Positions 14,128 through 26,318 of a stretch of DNA of 63,712 nucleotides are shown here, one piece after another. The DNA lies in assembly GCA_051294375.1 (NCBI GenBank), contig CM119268.1:18009850-18073561 (forward strand), given 5' to 3'. Below the pieces are notes generated by a model, which was not told the DNA's origin, did no database searches, and was given only the letters and a program-made list of their open reading frames with translations. The stretch is from Paraspadella gotoi. Its lineage: Eukaryota > Animalia > Chaetognatha. Every line of letters starts with the position of its first letter. Within the stretch, counting starts at the first letter, position 1. The translations under genes were made by a program, and so were the position numbers.

Positions 14128-14390
14128 CTACCGCTCCACTGCCTCCACCGCCTTTATCGAGTCGACGCTTCCACCTCCTCCATCGCCTCCTCCCACCGCT
14201 TCTACGCGTTTACCGCTTCCACCCTCCACCCCCCTGTCTCCACCGCATCCCCCCACTGCTTCCACCGCCTCCCCGCCTCCCCCCACCGCGCGCATCGCTT
14301 CCACCGCCTCCCACCACCTCCACCGCCTCTAGCGCCTCCCCCCCAACGCCTCCCATCAACGGCTGCACCGTCTTCCCCTCACCGCCGCCA
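14128..14390. repeat. ~9-bp C-rich minisatellite (CCACCGCCT)n; the same motif occurs at 11723-11783
   Basis: ccaccgcct / ccaccgctt units occur on both sides of the 11793-14114 element. Confidence 0.75.
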
Positions 14391-16235
14391 TCGTGGTGAA
14401 ATGAAAGTCATTGAAATGAAGTAGAGAGTCAGAAATCGATCCTCAGCCTGAGGAAAATGAGATCATCACAGCGAGAAAAGAAAATATCCAGAACTTTTAT
14501 TTTTATTTCGTTTCATTGTCTTTCATTTTTTATGACGCGTTTCATTCCTTTTTTATTTTTTTTCGTTGTTGTTGTTATTGTTGAAAGTTTCCTGAAAGTT
14601 AGGAATTAATTTATTAACATATTGTGTGGTTACACTTTTTTCGATCGTTGAATGATATTTTCGGATGTACCAATTAGTGTTAATAATTAGATATCAGTCC
14701 GCCCTTGGTATTTTGATAATAGGCTGGAATACAAATGAAACATTTCATATAAATTTTGTACCACTTCATAATTAGATGGATAACGTTTTCTATTGGTTTG
14801 AAAAATTTAAATAAATCCATTGTTCGCGTATGTTTTTGTCTCTTTTTTCTGACGCTAGCATTTGGTATATTTTGCTTGTTTTGCTTGCACTCTCTTGCAT
14901 CTGTTAGCTTTTCCTTCCTTTCTTGTTATTTTCTTCTTTTTGTTCGAAAACTTTAGTATTCCTGTTTTTTCTTTCTTTCTTTCTATTTTTTCTCACGATG
15001 TTTTGTTTTTATTTTCATTTTGGAAAAACTTTAATTACATTTTTGTTTCCTCTCAGACGCCAGAATCTTCTTTGTTTTTCTCGCGCTTCCGTTAAATTCG
15101 GGGAAAAGTCGAAATTCTTTTTTTTTTCCTTAATATTTATTCAATTTTTTTCTCTCAGTTTTATTTCATTCCGTTTGAGAGAAGGAAAAAAAATTTTCCC
15201 GAGAATTTTCTATCTTTTTTCTTTTGTTTTTAATTTTCTTTTCTCCTCTTTTAGTTTTTTTTTTCTCATTTTTAATTCGATTCAAATGGAAAACGATTCT
15301 TTTCTAAACAAAAAAAGAAGAAAAAAAATTGAGTGAAGCCTCGTCTGCCTCCAGTGGATCCTCAAAAACTCTCAACTTTTCCTTCTTTTGTTTTCTTTGC
15401 TTTTTTCAAAGAAATTAAAAAAAACAAAAAAAAACCCAAAAAAACAAAAAAACAATTGGTTATTATATCCAGCACTCCTTCGAAAATCATACATAAATAT
15501 GCTAATAAATTTGATACAATTAATAAAAATAATGATGTATTCATTCAATAAATAAGTTATCTTGCCGTTGACGCATAACAAAATCCTATGAGCTTTCAAT
15601 CACGACTCTCCCACNNNNNNNNNNNNNNNNNNNNNNNNNNNNNNNNNNNNNNNNNNNNNNNNNNNNNNNNNNNNNNNNNNNNNNNNNNNNNNNNNNNNNN
15701 NNNNNNNNNNNNNNNNNNNNNNNNNNNNNNNNNNNNNNNNNNNNNNNNNNNNNNNNNNNNNNNNNNNNNNNNNNNNNNNNNNNNNNNNNNNNNNNNNNNN
15801 NNNNNNNNNNNNNNNNNNNNNNNNNNNNNNNNNNNNNNNNNNNNNNNNNNNNNNNNNNNNNNNNNNNNNNNNNNNNNNNNNNNNNNNNNNNNNNNNNTGC
15901 TCCTTCCTCTCTCTCCCTATCTCATACACACTGCCTGCTTTTCTTCTTCCATATATTATCCAAGTTTATGTCACATGTTAAATTCATTACAACTCCCATC
16001 CAACCGCTACTCACCTTCCTTTCTTTCTTCCTCCCGAGAACCGGATAGCCCGGCCCCTTGGACACGCGAGTTTTCCAGAACCCAAACCAACTGACTCAAT
16101 TGCCCAGATGGTGAGGATCGAGACGAAGAAGACGACGACGACGACGACGAAGACGAAGACGACGAAAATGAGTGAAAATATAACTTAGGCTTCGAAGATC
16201 GAGACATGCGTGAAACAAAGGAACATAACATATCT

Positions 16236-16303
<68 letters not shown>

Positions 16304-16829
16304 TTAGACAAAGCTAGACAGAGCAGAAAGAGAGTCTCTAATTCGGCGCCATAGGAGGAAGAAGGACGTAAACAAGCGGGTTTTGCTCGGTGTCGTTTTC
16401 TGCTCTTCCCGATTGGTTTCTCATTCATTCCCAATCGGCTTACGACTACCGATTTCTAATTACTACGAAGTTGTTGGTGAAATCAGCAAAAGATATTGAT
16501 TTTTGGTGAATTCAAAAAATTTACTGAGTTAGGAAACTATTTTTTTTTTAAAGCAAATGTTCGGCAGAATGATAATCGCTTTAAGGAACTTTCTTTGCAC
16601 GATAATAAAGTATGTTTTTTTAAAAAAAGTTGTAATATTTTTACTCCTTTTTTAAATGTTCAAATTTAAAATCAAAACTGACAACGACGACAAAGCGGAC
16701 GTCAACAATAACCGCGACTTTGCAATCGAAACGAGAAACGACGATCAACAAAAAGCTGCTTATGACTTTGGCAGTCAGTGGGATTCAATGCCATTGAGTT
16801 TTAACGCTCTTCGTGCATGTCAAAAAAAA

Positions 16830-17990
16830 TAGTGAAGAGAGAAAGGGACTGAAGAGAAAAATAAAAAGAAAAGAAAAAAGAAAGCGAAGGGAGAACAAGA
16901 AGAGAAAGCGAAGACAGAAAAAGGAAGAAGAAAGAAATAAGGAAGGATAGAAAGAGAGAAAGGAGGAAAAAGAAGAAAGAAGAAAAAAAAGAAGAAGAAA
17001 GGAAAAGAGAAGAGAAAGAGAGAAAGAATAAAAGGAAATAAAGAAATGAAAAGAGAAGAAGAAGAAACGAAGAAAAGGGGAAGAGGAAAGAAAGGAGGGA
17101 GAAACAGAAAAAGAAAAGAGGAAAGAAAGGAAAAGAAGGAAAAGAAAAGAGAAAAGGGAAAGAGGAAAGGAAAAAAGAAAAAAAGAAAGGGGAACGAAAG
17201 GAGAGAAGAAGAAAGGAAAAAAGAAGGAAAGGAAAGGGGAAAGAGGACAGCAAGAAGGAGAAAGAAAAGAAGAAAAAGAAGGAAGAGAAGAAGAAGAAAA
17301 GAAAGAGAAAGGAGAAAGAAACAGAGAGGGAAAGAGCGAAAGAGACAGAAGAAAGAAGAAGAAAAAGAAAGAAAGGGAGGAACAGAAGGAAATGAAAGGA
17401 AAAGGAAAGAGGGCGAAGAAGGAACATGAAAAGAAAGGGAAAAGAAAAGAGAAAAGGAAACGAAGAAGAAAAGAAAAGAGGAAAGAAAAAAAAAGAAAAG
17501 ATAGAATAAATAAAGAAAGTAAAGAAAGAAGAAAAGGAAGACAGAAGGAAGAATAGAAAGAAAAAAAAAAGAAAGAAGAAAGATAAGACAAGAATGGAAA
17601 GATGTCTAAAAGAAAATAGAAAGAGAAAGAAAGATAAAGCATAAGAAAGATTTCTAAAGAAAGAAAGATCATAAGATGAAGAAAGAAAGAAGATAAAGAA
17701 AGAAAGAAGGGAAAGCAAAGAAAGAAAGATAAGACAAAGAAAGAAATAGAAGGGAAGGGAAAGAAAGAAAGAAAAAGAAAAGAAAAAGGAAAGATGGATC
17801 NNNNNNNNNNNNNNNNNNNNNNNNNAAGGAAGGAAGGAAAGAAAAGAAAGAGAGAAAGAGAGAGAAAAAGAAAGAAAGAAGGAAAGAAAGAATGGAATAT
17901 ATAAAAAAAATTAGAAAGAAAGAAAGAAAGAAATAAAGAAAAAAAGAAAGAAAGAAAGAAAGAAAGAAATAATTGAATATAAAAAGAAAT

Positions 17991-18054
<64 letters not shown>

Positions 18055-18060
18055 AAAAAG
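16830..18060. repeat. Long polypurine (A/G) low-complexity tract
   Basis: About 1.2 kb that is almost entirely A/G; source of spurious K/R/E and F/S/L ORFs. Confidence 0.9.
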
Positions 18061-18575
18061 GGAAGAAAGAAGCTAATAAATAAAGAAATCCGTGGTTCGA
18101 CTGTCAGCTGCCAAAAACCTCTTTACAAATCGAGCGTTACAATCACCACTCTGGTTCCATTGAAAACCGCGCCGACCGGATGTGGCCCTGGCCGGCGCCG
18201 GTTTCTGTGTGAGCGGTGGGGGAGAGTGAGAGAACGGCGGGCGCCTGCGTGCCGCCGCCCGCAGCGGCCGGCGCCAATTACCATGAATTTAAGATACGGC
18301 GCCATCAACATTCGAGACTCGAATCCGGGCAGGGGGAAGTTTTGGGGGTGTGGCGTGGGTGATGGTTCAGGAAGAGGATTCAGGGAGAGGGTAAGGGCTG
18401 AGGGTAAGAACTAAATTGGAAAATGAATATGGGTTGTTGAGGCAGTGGTAACTGGTAAGGAAGTTAAAAATGAGATAAGTGAGATTTATTTTGTTTAATA
18501 GTCGACCAATTAAAGTAATCAAAAAGATAATTAATGAATAAATAAAGAAAAAAATAAATTATAAATATATATATA

Positions 18576-18741
18576 TGTAGCCGGGCATAGCAAAGTTCAC
18601 CCCGCCTCTAAGCATGACACCTTCAGTCCTGACCCGGTGGCTCATTGAGTAAAGCCATCAGCTCATGACCACGAGGTACCGGGTTCTATCCCAAAGAAGT
18701 TACGGATAGTCATCTTCAGCCCACTTAGCGCCTTATCCACA
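18576..18741 (+). mobile_element. Short insertion containing a tRNA-like segment (SINE-like / tRNA pseudogene)
   Basis: 18631-18692 has an A-box-like TGGCTCATTGAG and a B-box-like GGTTCTATCCC at tRNA spacing with degenerate stems; TG...CA ends within (TA)n. Confidence 0.5.
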
Positions 18742-19244
18742 TATATTATATATTATATTTATAAAAGTTTAAAAGAATCTTAAGTGTTTAAATGAGAATC
18801 ACTTCGCGTGAGACAAAAGAACAAAGTGAACGAGACTTGGAAATCGGCGTTGGCCGTGAGTCGATGTGAAGAAGCAATAAAGAGAGGAAATGGAGAGAGA
18901 AACTTAGAGGAGGGAGCCAAAAGGGTTTTTAGTCGGAAGACAGAAATGGGTGCTAGGTTGTAATCTCTCTCTCTCTCTCTCTTTCCAGCGGCAATCAGTT
19001 GATTCGCTCCCGTGACCTCTGGAAGAACCTTCGGCGTGGATTCGTTTTAAAGGGAAGCCAAACCGAAAAAAAGGCGCCGACTCATCCGAGGAAAGTGATG
19101 GAGAACGAGTGGAAGGAGAGGAGTGGAGGGAGATGAGATAGAGTGGAGGGGAGAGAGAGAGAGAGGGAGTGAGCATGGAGATGGTAAGTGAGCATGGGGT
19201 GACTGAAAAGTTAGAAAAAAGGTAAGTGGAGGATTAAAAAAAAG

Positions 19245-19784
19245 AGAAGACTGGGAGAAAAATTGAAGATTGGAAGGAAAAGGGAAAAGAAAGAAAAGAC
19301 TGGGAGATAGAAAGAAGAGAAAATGGAATAAAGTGAGAGATAAAAGAAAACGGGGAGAAAAAAGCGAAGAAAGGGAGAAAAAAGAGAAGAGTGGAACAAA
19401 AATACTGGGAGAAAAAAGAGAAGAGTGGGATAAAGAAAGAAAAGAATAGGAGTAAAAAAGAAAATACTTTAAGAAAGAAACAGAGGAAAAAACGGGAAAA
19501 CTGGGAGAAAGAAAAAGAAGTCTTGGAGAAACAAACAGAGGACTGGGAGAAAAAAAAGAAAAAAAGAGAAAACTGGGAGTAAAAAAAAAGACTTTGAGAA
19601 ACAAACAGAGGACTGGGAGAAAAAAAAAGAAAAAGAGAAAACTGGGAGAAAGAAAGAAAAGACCTGAAGAAACAAACAGAGGACTGGGAGAAAAAAAAGA
19701 AGGAGATTGATGAAAGAAAAGGGGAAGCGGAGGAAAAAAGAAAAGGCTTGATAATTGAAAAGAGGAAAGTTGAAAGCAACAACT

Positions 19785-19795
<11 letters not shown>
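19245..19795. repeat. Minisatellite with ACTGGGAGAAAA core (~70-bp higher-order unit gaaacaaacagaggactgggag...)
   Basis: Repeated ctgggagaaa, with three gaaacaaacagaggactggg copies at ~19527, 19598 and 19668. Confidence 0.75.
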
Positions 19796-19821
<26 letters not shown>

Positions 19822-20845
19822 AGAGAGTAAAAGGTATAGGGAGAGAGAATCACTGAGAGGGAGCGAAAATTGGGGGCGGATGACAGTTTAGTTCACAAGT
19901 TAGACTTTTTTTTCCTTTCCATTTGACTTTTCCCCATGAGTAAGGGCAAAGAAAAAAAGAAAAAGAGAAAGAGAGAAAAAAATGAAAAAGAAAAAGAAAA
20001 GAAAGGAAAAATAAAAAAAAATAGAAAAGAAAAGATAAATTATTTAAAAAAAATGAAAAAATAGAAAAGAAATGAAAAAAAATAAAATAAAAGAAAAAAA
20101 ATAGAAAAAAAAGAAAAGAAAAAATAGAAAAGAAAGAAAAGAAAACAAAAGAAAAAAAAAGAAAAGAAAAGAAAAGAAAAAGAAAAGAAAAGAAAGAAAA
20201 TAAATGAAATAGGAAAGAAAGAAAAAAATAATGAAAGAAAAATAGAAAAAAAAAGAATAGAAGGCGATGAGGTCGAAGAGGAAGTTGCAGTGAGAAATAG
20301 ATAGGCCGAGACTAGAAATCTTGTCGGGGCGCCAGGGGGGGGGGAAAATGAAAGAAGTAACTGGTTGTCGGCGGCGGGTGGCTAACATAGTTTAAAGCGC
20401 AAGTAAAAAAATAAAGAAAAGAAAAGAGCAAAAAAAAAAAAAAGAAAAGAAAAGAAAAGTAGGGGCAGGAGAAGGGAAAGATTTATTTTTTCTGGCTTGG
20501 CCTCTTGGCTTGCGCTCTTCGCTCCTCCTCTTCCTCCTCCTCTTCTTTTTCTCATTTTCTCGCGCGACGACGCCAAATGTCGTTGGTTAAGACGCAGACG
20601 GCGAGGTGGGGGTGGAGGGGCGGGAGGTGTCAGGCGGGAAAAGAATCAGGCGGGAGAAAACAGGTGGGAGAATCAGGTAAAAGCGGAGAAATTTTGGGAT
20701 AATCAATTGAAGGGGGGGAAGGAGTATGGAGGCTAAAGGCGAAAGATTTATGAAAGTAATTTTGGGTTATTTTATTATTGTCAGTTTTAAAATGATATTC
20801 GTACTGTGGTGGTTTAGTTTNNNNNNNNNNNNNNNNNNNNNNNNN

Positions 20846-20869
20846 ACTTTAAACGTTCTCTCCTCTCTC

Positions 20870-20923
<54 letters not shown>

Positions 20924-21054
20924 TCTCTCTCATCTCTCTCTCTCTCTCTCTCTCTATTTTTTTTCCCTCTTCACGGATGCTCTTTTTGTTTTTTCGCACC
21001 ACCGAATTCTAGGCTGACGAAAACGTCTTCAGGGGTCTCTCTCTCTCTCGCCTC

Positions 21055-21118
<64 letters not shown>

Positions 21119-21158
21119 TCTCTCTCTCTCTCGTCTCTCTCTTTCTTCTCTCTCTCCT

Positions 21159-21197
<39 letters not shown>

Positions 21198-23996
21198 CTC
21201 TTAAGGAAAAAGGAACCCGCGCGACTCAGGTAGAAAAAAACCGATAATTAAGGAAGGGAGAAAAAAAATCACCCCCGCGTTGAGCCAAGCGAAGGGTGAA
21301 GAAAGAGAAAGAAGGAGGAGGAGGAGGAAGAGGAGGAGGAGGTGAAAAAAGTAGGAAAAGAAAAAAGAGAGAGAAAGAGAATATTTGAGTATAGAAGGTG
21401 AAACGATAGTTATTAAGTAAAGATAGAGTAACAGAAATGAAATAGGTATTGACAGAGGCAAAATAGTTTAATAAGTGTTAAAAATGGGAAGAAGAAAAGA
21501 CAAGAAAGAAAAAAGAAGCAAAAGAAAAAGGAAAAGAAATAAAACTAAAAATATTTACATTAAATTTACATGTAATTTACATGTAAAATACATGTAAAAG
21601 AATGATGAAAATACATGGAATGAAAATAAAAAAGAATCAAGAATCCGAAAATGAAAAGAAAATTAGTTTGAAAGAAGAAATGAAAAAAGAAACTCGAGCA
21701 GGTAAGGAAAGATAAGCCAAAAAAAATCAAGAAGGAAAAATTAAAGAAGAATTAAAACGAAATACAGAAAGAAAAAGAAAAAAAGAAACAAGACGGGAGA
21801 ACGATAAGCAAAATTTAAAACGGAAATGAAATATATGGTCGCCGTTTGGAGGCGACGCGAAATTGCGATCAAAACTGTCGCCTGGAATCCACTCCGGTTA
21901 CAAAAAAAAACCAAAAAAAACAGAATGATACCAAATTTTTTATTTTAAATAATTTTTTGTTTGACACGAAGTCATTCAATTTTCCACGACCATAATTGTA
22001 AAGACAGAATCGTTTTCAGTTCTTTGAAGTTCACTAGGTCTAGTAATACCTACTATTTTTAGTTAAAGTTAAAAGTTGAAGAAATCTTTAAAAAAAGTTA
22101 TTATAATTCTTCACAGCGTCTCAACCTCTAATGAATCTACTTAGTTCATAGAAATCTTCAGTTCGAATGAATGCACTTTAGTTCCACCAAATCCATTTCC
22201 GCCTCATGAATCAACTTCGAATCTGACGAAACGGAAAATCTACTCGCGCTCATTCGTGAAAAAAAAGAAGTTATTTTTTTTTTCAAAAATCCAAAAATCC
22301 GACGAACATCTTCTAATTATTTCAATTATTTGGCTAAAATTAAAAAGACAAAATTTTTCAAATACGAAAAAACAAAAACGAGAAGATATGTTTTTTTTTC
22401 TCCAAATGATTAACGATTATAAAAACTAATTTTTTACACTTTTTCCCACTTTTTAATTCTTCCCCCTTCTACTTTCTCTCTTTTCTTTTCACAAACCATC
22501 CTCATTCAAACCGTTTGATTTACTCTCTCGTCCTCATTTATTTTTTTTTTACATTTTCCCGATGAGAATCTCTCCCCTCTCGCCCACTCCCCCCCTCCCC
22601 CATCCTCCCTCTAACTTTGATCGTCGGCCGCGTGGCCGCACCGTCGGCGCATCCCCGACGCGTCGGCGCCGCGTCTCCACCGCCGCAGCTGTCTCGTTGG
22701 CGCGGTAAGTAACGGCGACCGTAACGATGGCCTCAATCGCGGCCGCAATCAGGGAAGCAACCGAGAGTGAAAAACTTTTTCCCCGCGTCTCATCCTGCGG
22801 TCGGGATTCCACGCCTCACCTGCGCTCCTCAGCCTTTGTGTTTGGTGAGTTGTCGTCACTGAACTCGCCTATGTGTTCGTTTCTCACTAGCCAGGCATGT
22901 CTAGCCGTAATTGCCATGCTTCGATTCCGAATGGAATGTCAATGACCGGTTCCCGATTTTAAAATAAAGTTAGTTAACTTTGTAAACTTGCCATATATTC
23001 CCCTCATGTCGTTTGAGTTGGTCTTCATCTATCTAACCTTGCGTTCAAGTCTAATGTCCAATTCCTAAATGTTATGAATAAATGTTGATCCCCTCTCCTC
23101 CATCCGGAACATCACCAAATTATTACCCTCCCTCAATCTCTCACCTCATCTCTAACCTCAAGTCTACATTTAACTCACCCACCCTTTCTCCATCTCAGTA
23201 ACCACTAACCACACCCCCACACTGGTTTTCACAACTGCCGCGGTTTCCAACTCAATTTTCTCTTCCTTTTGTTCCACGGATCCATTATCTTCGCGGCTAA
23301 GAATCCATATTTTCTTGACTTTCATTCTCTTTCCTCGGCGCATGCCATCGCTCAAAAAAACTATCTCGTCTCTCTCTCTCCTCTCTCTCCATCGTCTCGT
23401 CTCCTCTCGGTCTCTCTCAGTCTCCGTCTCATCCATCTCAGTCTCGATCTCTCTCTTGCTCTCCACACGTCATCTCGCTCAGTCTTCATCTCTGCCTCCT
23501 CTCTCATCTCTGCTGTATTTATTTATTTACGATTAAATATTTGGAAGCTTAGTTCACATAGTACCGGTTGAAAGTTCGATTGTTAGTCTACTTAAGTATT
23601 GAATTGATTGATAAACTAATTAATTGTTAGGTTCATCATTTTTTTTTATTGATTGATTGATTGATTGCCTGTTTTTTCTATTGATTTACTGGTTGATTAA
23701 TTTACAGCTAATCTAATTAACGTTTACTAATCCGCCTACTATTATTAATCCTAAGAAGTTATCCTTTTCCATTCCAAGAAAGAGAAAGATTAAAGAATCT
23801 CTAAAACGAGGCAGGAGCCTCCATCTCCCAATTTACAGTCGACGCACGAACCGATTCACAGTAAAACCGATTTTCCCGCGATTCGAAAAAATGTCGCGCA
23901 CTCGTTTCTTTTTATACCAAGAAACAAATAAATCTTTACGTTCAAAAATTATTATTTTTTTTTTTTCCCGAAATGTTCCTCTCTCTCTTCTCTCTC

Positions 23997-24080
<84 letters not shown>

Positions 24081-24425
24081 TTCTCTCTCTTCTTTTTTTT
24101 TTTTTCTTTTGCACGACACGACCACGTGCCTCCACTCCTTTTCTTCGCGGAGTGATTGCCGGCGCTCACTGGTTCCGTCTACGAAAAAAGCGCGCTTCGA
24201 TTTGCGCTGCCGCCGCCGCCGCCGCGCGCGGCCGCTCGCGCCGCCGCCTACGCTCGCGCGCGTCAAAACAAAGTCAAGAAAAATATGGGATTTGAAAACG
24301 CGAAAAGTTTAGAGAAAAAATGACAAAAGAAAAAAAAGGGGTGGAAAAGAAATAGATACCAAACAGAGAGAGAGAGACGAGAGAGAGAGATGAGAGAGAG
24401 AAGAGAGAGAGAGAGAGTAGTAGAG

Positions 24426-24469
<44 letters not shown>

Positions 24470-25196
24470 AGGGAGAGAGAGAAATATGAAAAACGGAATG
24501 AAACAAAAATAATAAAAGAATATTTTTTTTTCTCGACGCATAAAAAAAAAATAACAGATCTCGAGATACGGAGTTGAGCGGGTTTTTGGAATCAACAATT
24601 GAAATTCGGAAAAACCCATTCGTTCCGAGTTTCCGACCTTTTTAGACGTGACTGTCGGAGGGTGGGTGAGCGGAATGGTGAAGAGAGAGGGGTGTGATAA
24701 AAAGAGGTAGGAGTTGTTGGGGATTAAGATGACAGTAAAGAAAAAGTCTAGATGTATTTACAAATAAAGTCATTAAAAAACAAAAGCGAGGGGATTTCGA
24801 GAATTTTTTTTTTTTTTTCATTTCAATATTAAAACTTTTCATACTAAATGTGACTTAGAAAGTCAAAGTCAAAATAAGTTTTTCTCCTAACAAGTAACAA
24901 GTATAAAATTCAGACATTCCAGTAAGATTCTCGTGACACTTTCTTTGCGAAAAAAAAGTTTTTCATTTGACTTAATTATTTAATTATTTCGTGACTCAAT
25001 ATTTGAAGGCTCAATGTCATTCTCGTCTCTTCAGAAGATTCAGAAGATTCAGAAGATTATTTTTTTACTCATTTTCGACTCTTAATCGAAAAATTCTATC
25101 ACTTGTATCGATCTCATTTATTTGTTAATTTCTGGTCATTCGATCCACAAAAAGAAACATAATAAGTCTAAGCGACGCCCTTGCGGTCATTCGTCT

Positions 25197-25285
<89 letters not shown>

Positions 25286-26004
25286 TCGAAATGCCATTTC
25301 TGTCTTTATTACTGTTTTTATTTCCGGATTTGCAGCCAATGTTTCGCCTTAGGGCGGAATGGAAAGAAAGAGCCGGAGGAAGAAAAAGGAAAGAATGTTC
25401 TAAAAATAGTAACGTGACTTTATTTTTTTTAGAAAAGAAAATGCTTTCTTTTTTTTTTCTTGTTCAATCGTCTTCTTTGCTTATTTGACGCGAGAGAAAA
25501 TGAGGAAATTTTTTCTTTTCATTCATTTTTTTTTTAATTTTTTTTTCTTGAAGTAAAGACAATTTTCTTTTCTTTTCTTTTTTCTTTTTTCCTGAAAGAC
25601 ATTTGAAGATTTCTGTTAATTACCGACGCGAAGAAAAAAAAGTTTTAGTCTCAATTTATTTTTGACTCTGAGAGAAGAAGTCCTCTTCCCTTCGAAGGGA
25701 AAACCATATTTTTTTAACGATTTGATTTTTTAATCTGTTCATCTTTTTTTCTAAAAATTTCAGAATAAAAATAAATTATCCAATTTCATTTCGGGATCCG
25801 CCGAGGAATGGAAAAAAAAACAACTTAATTGTAAAAAAACTCTCGCTCCCAAAGGAATACGGAAAAAAGTCTGAGAAAAACTAACAACAACAACAACAAC
25901 AACATTCGGGCGATCAAAGATCGAAAAGTCAATAACAAAAACAACAGAGAGAGATTTCACATAACCTCCTTTATTCCTGTCATGCGATCGTAGACTATGA
26001 CAGT

Positions 26005-26043
<39 letters not shown>

Positions 26044-26106
26044 AGAGGAGAGTAGAGAGGAGAGAGAGAGAGAGGAGAGAGAGAGAAAAGAAAGAAGGGA
26101 GAAGAG

Positions 26107-26178
<72 letters not shown>

Positions 26179-26281
26179 TGAGAGAGGCGGAGAGAGACCC
26201 TGAAGACGTTTTCCGTCAGCCTAGAATTTCGGGTGGTGCGAAAAAAACGAAAGAGCAATACCGTGAAGAAGCGGAAAAAAA

Positions 26282-26318
<37 letters not shown>

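Noticed and set aside
14034-14424. Proline-rich extensin/formin-like ORF
   Set aside because: It derives from the CCACCGCCT minisatellite and the transposon-like arm, with no splice context.
16785-17718. ~300-aa Phe/Ser/Leu 'membrane protein' ORFs, and similar ORFs at 727-1241 and 19047-19853
   Set aside because: They are translations of polypurine/polypyrimidine tracts that lack stop codons by composition.
18631-18700. Functional tRNA-Met gene
   Set aside because: The acceptor and anticodon stems do not pair; kept only as a tRNA-like element.
21010-21035. CTGACGA...AAACGTC as a second hammerhead
   Set aside because: There is no stem II between the core boxes, so it cannot fold as a hammerhead.
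25686-25701. Perfect palindrome TTCCCTTCGAAGGGAA as a terminator or hairpin element
   Set aside because: It is short and isolated in eukaryotic intergenic DNA, with no supporting context.
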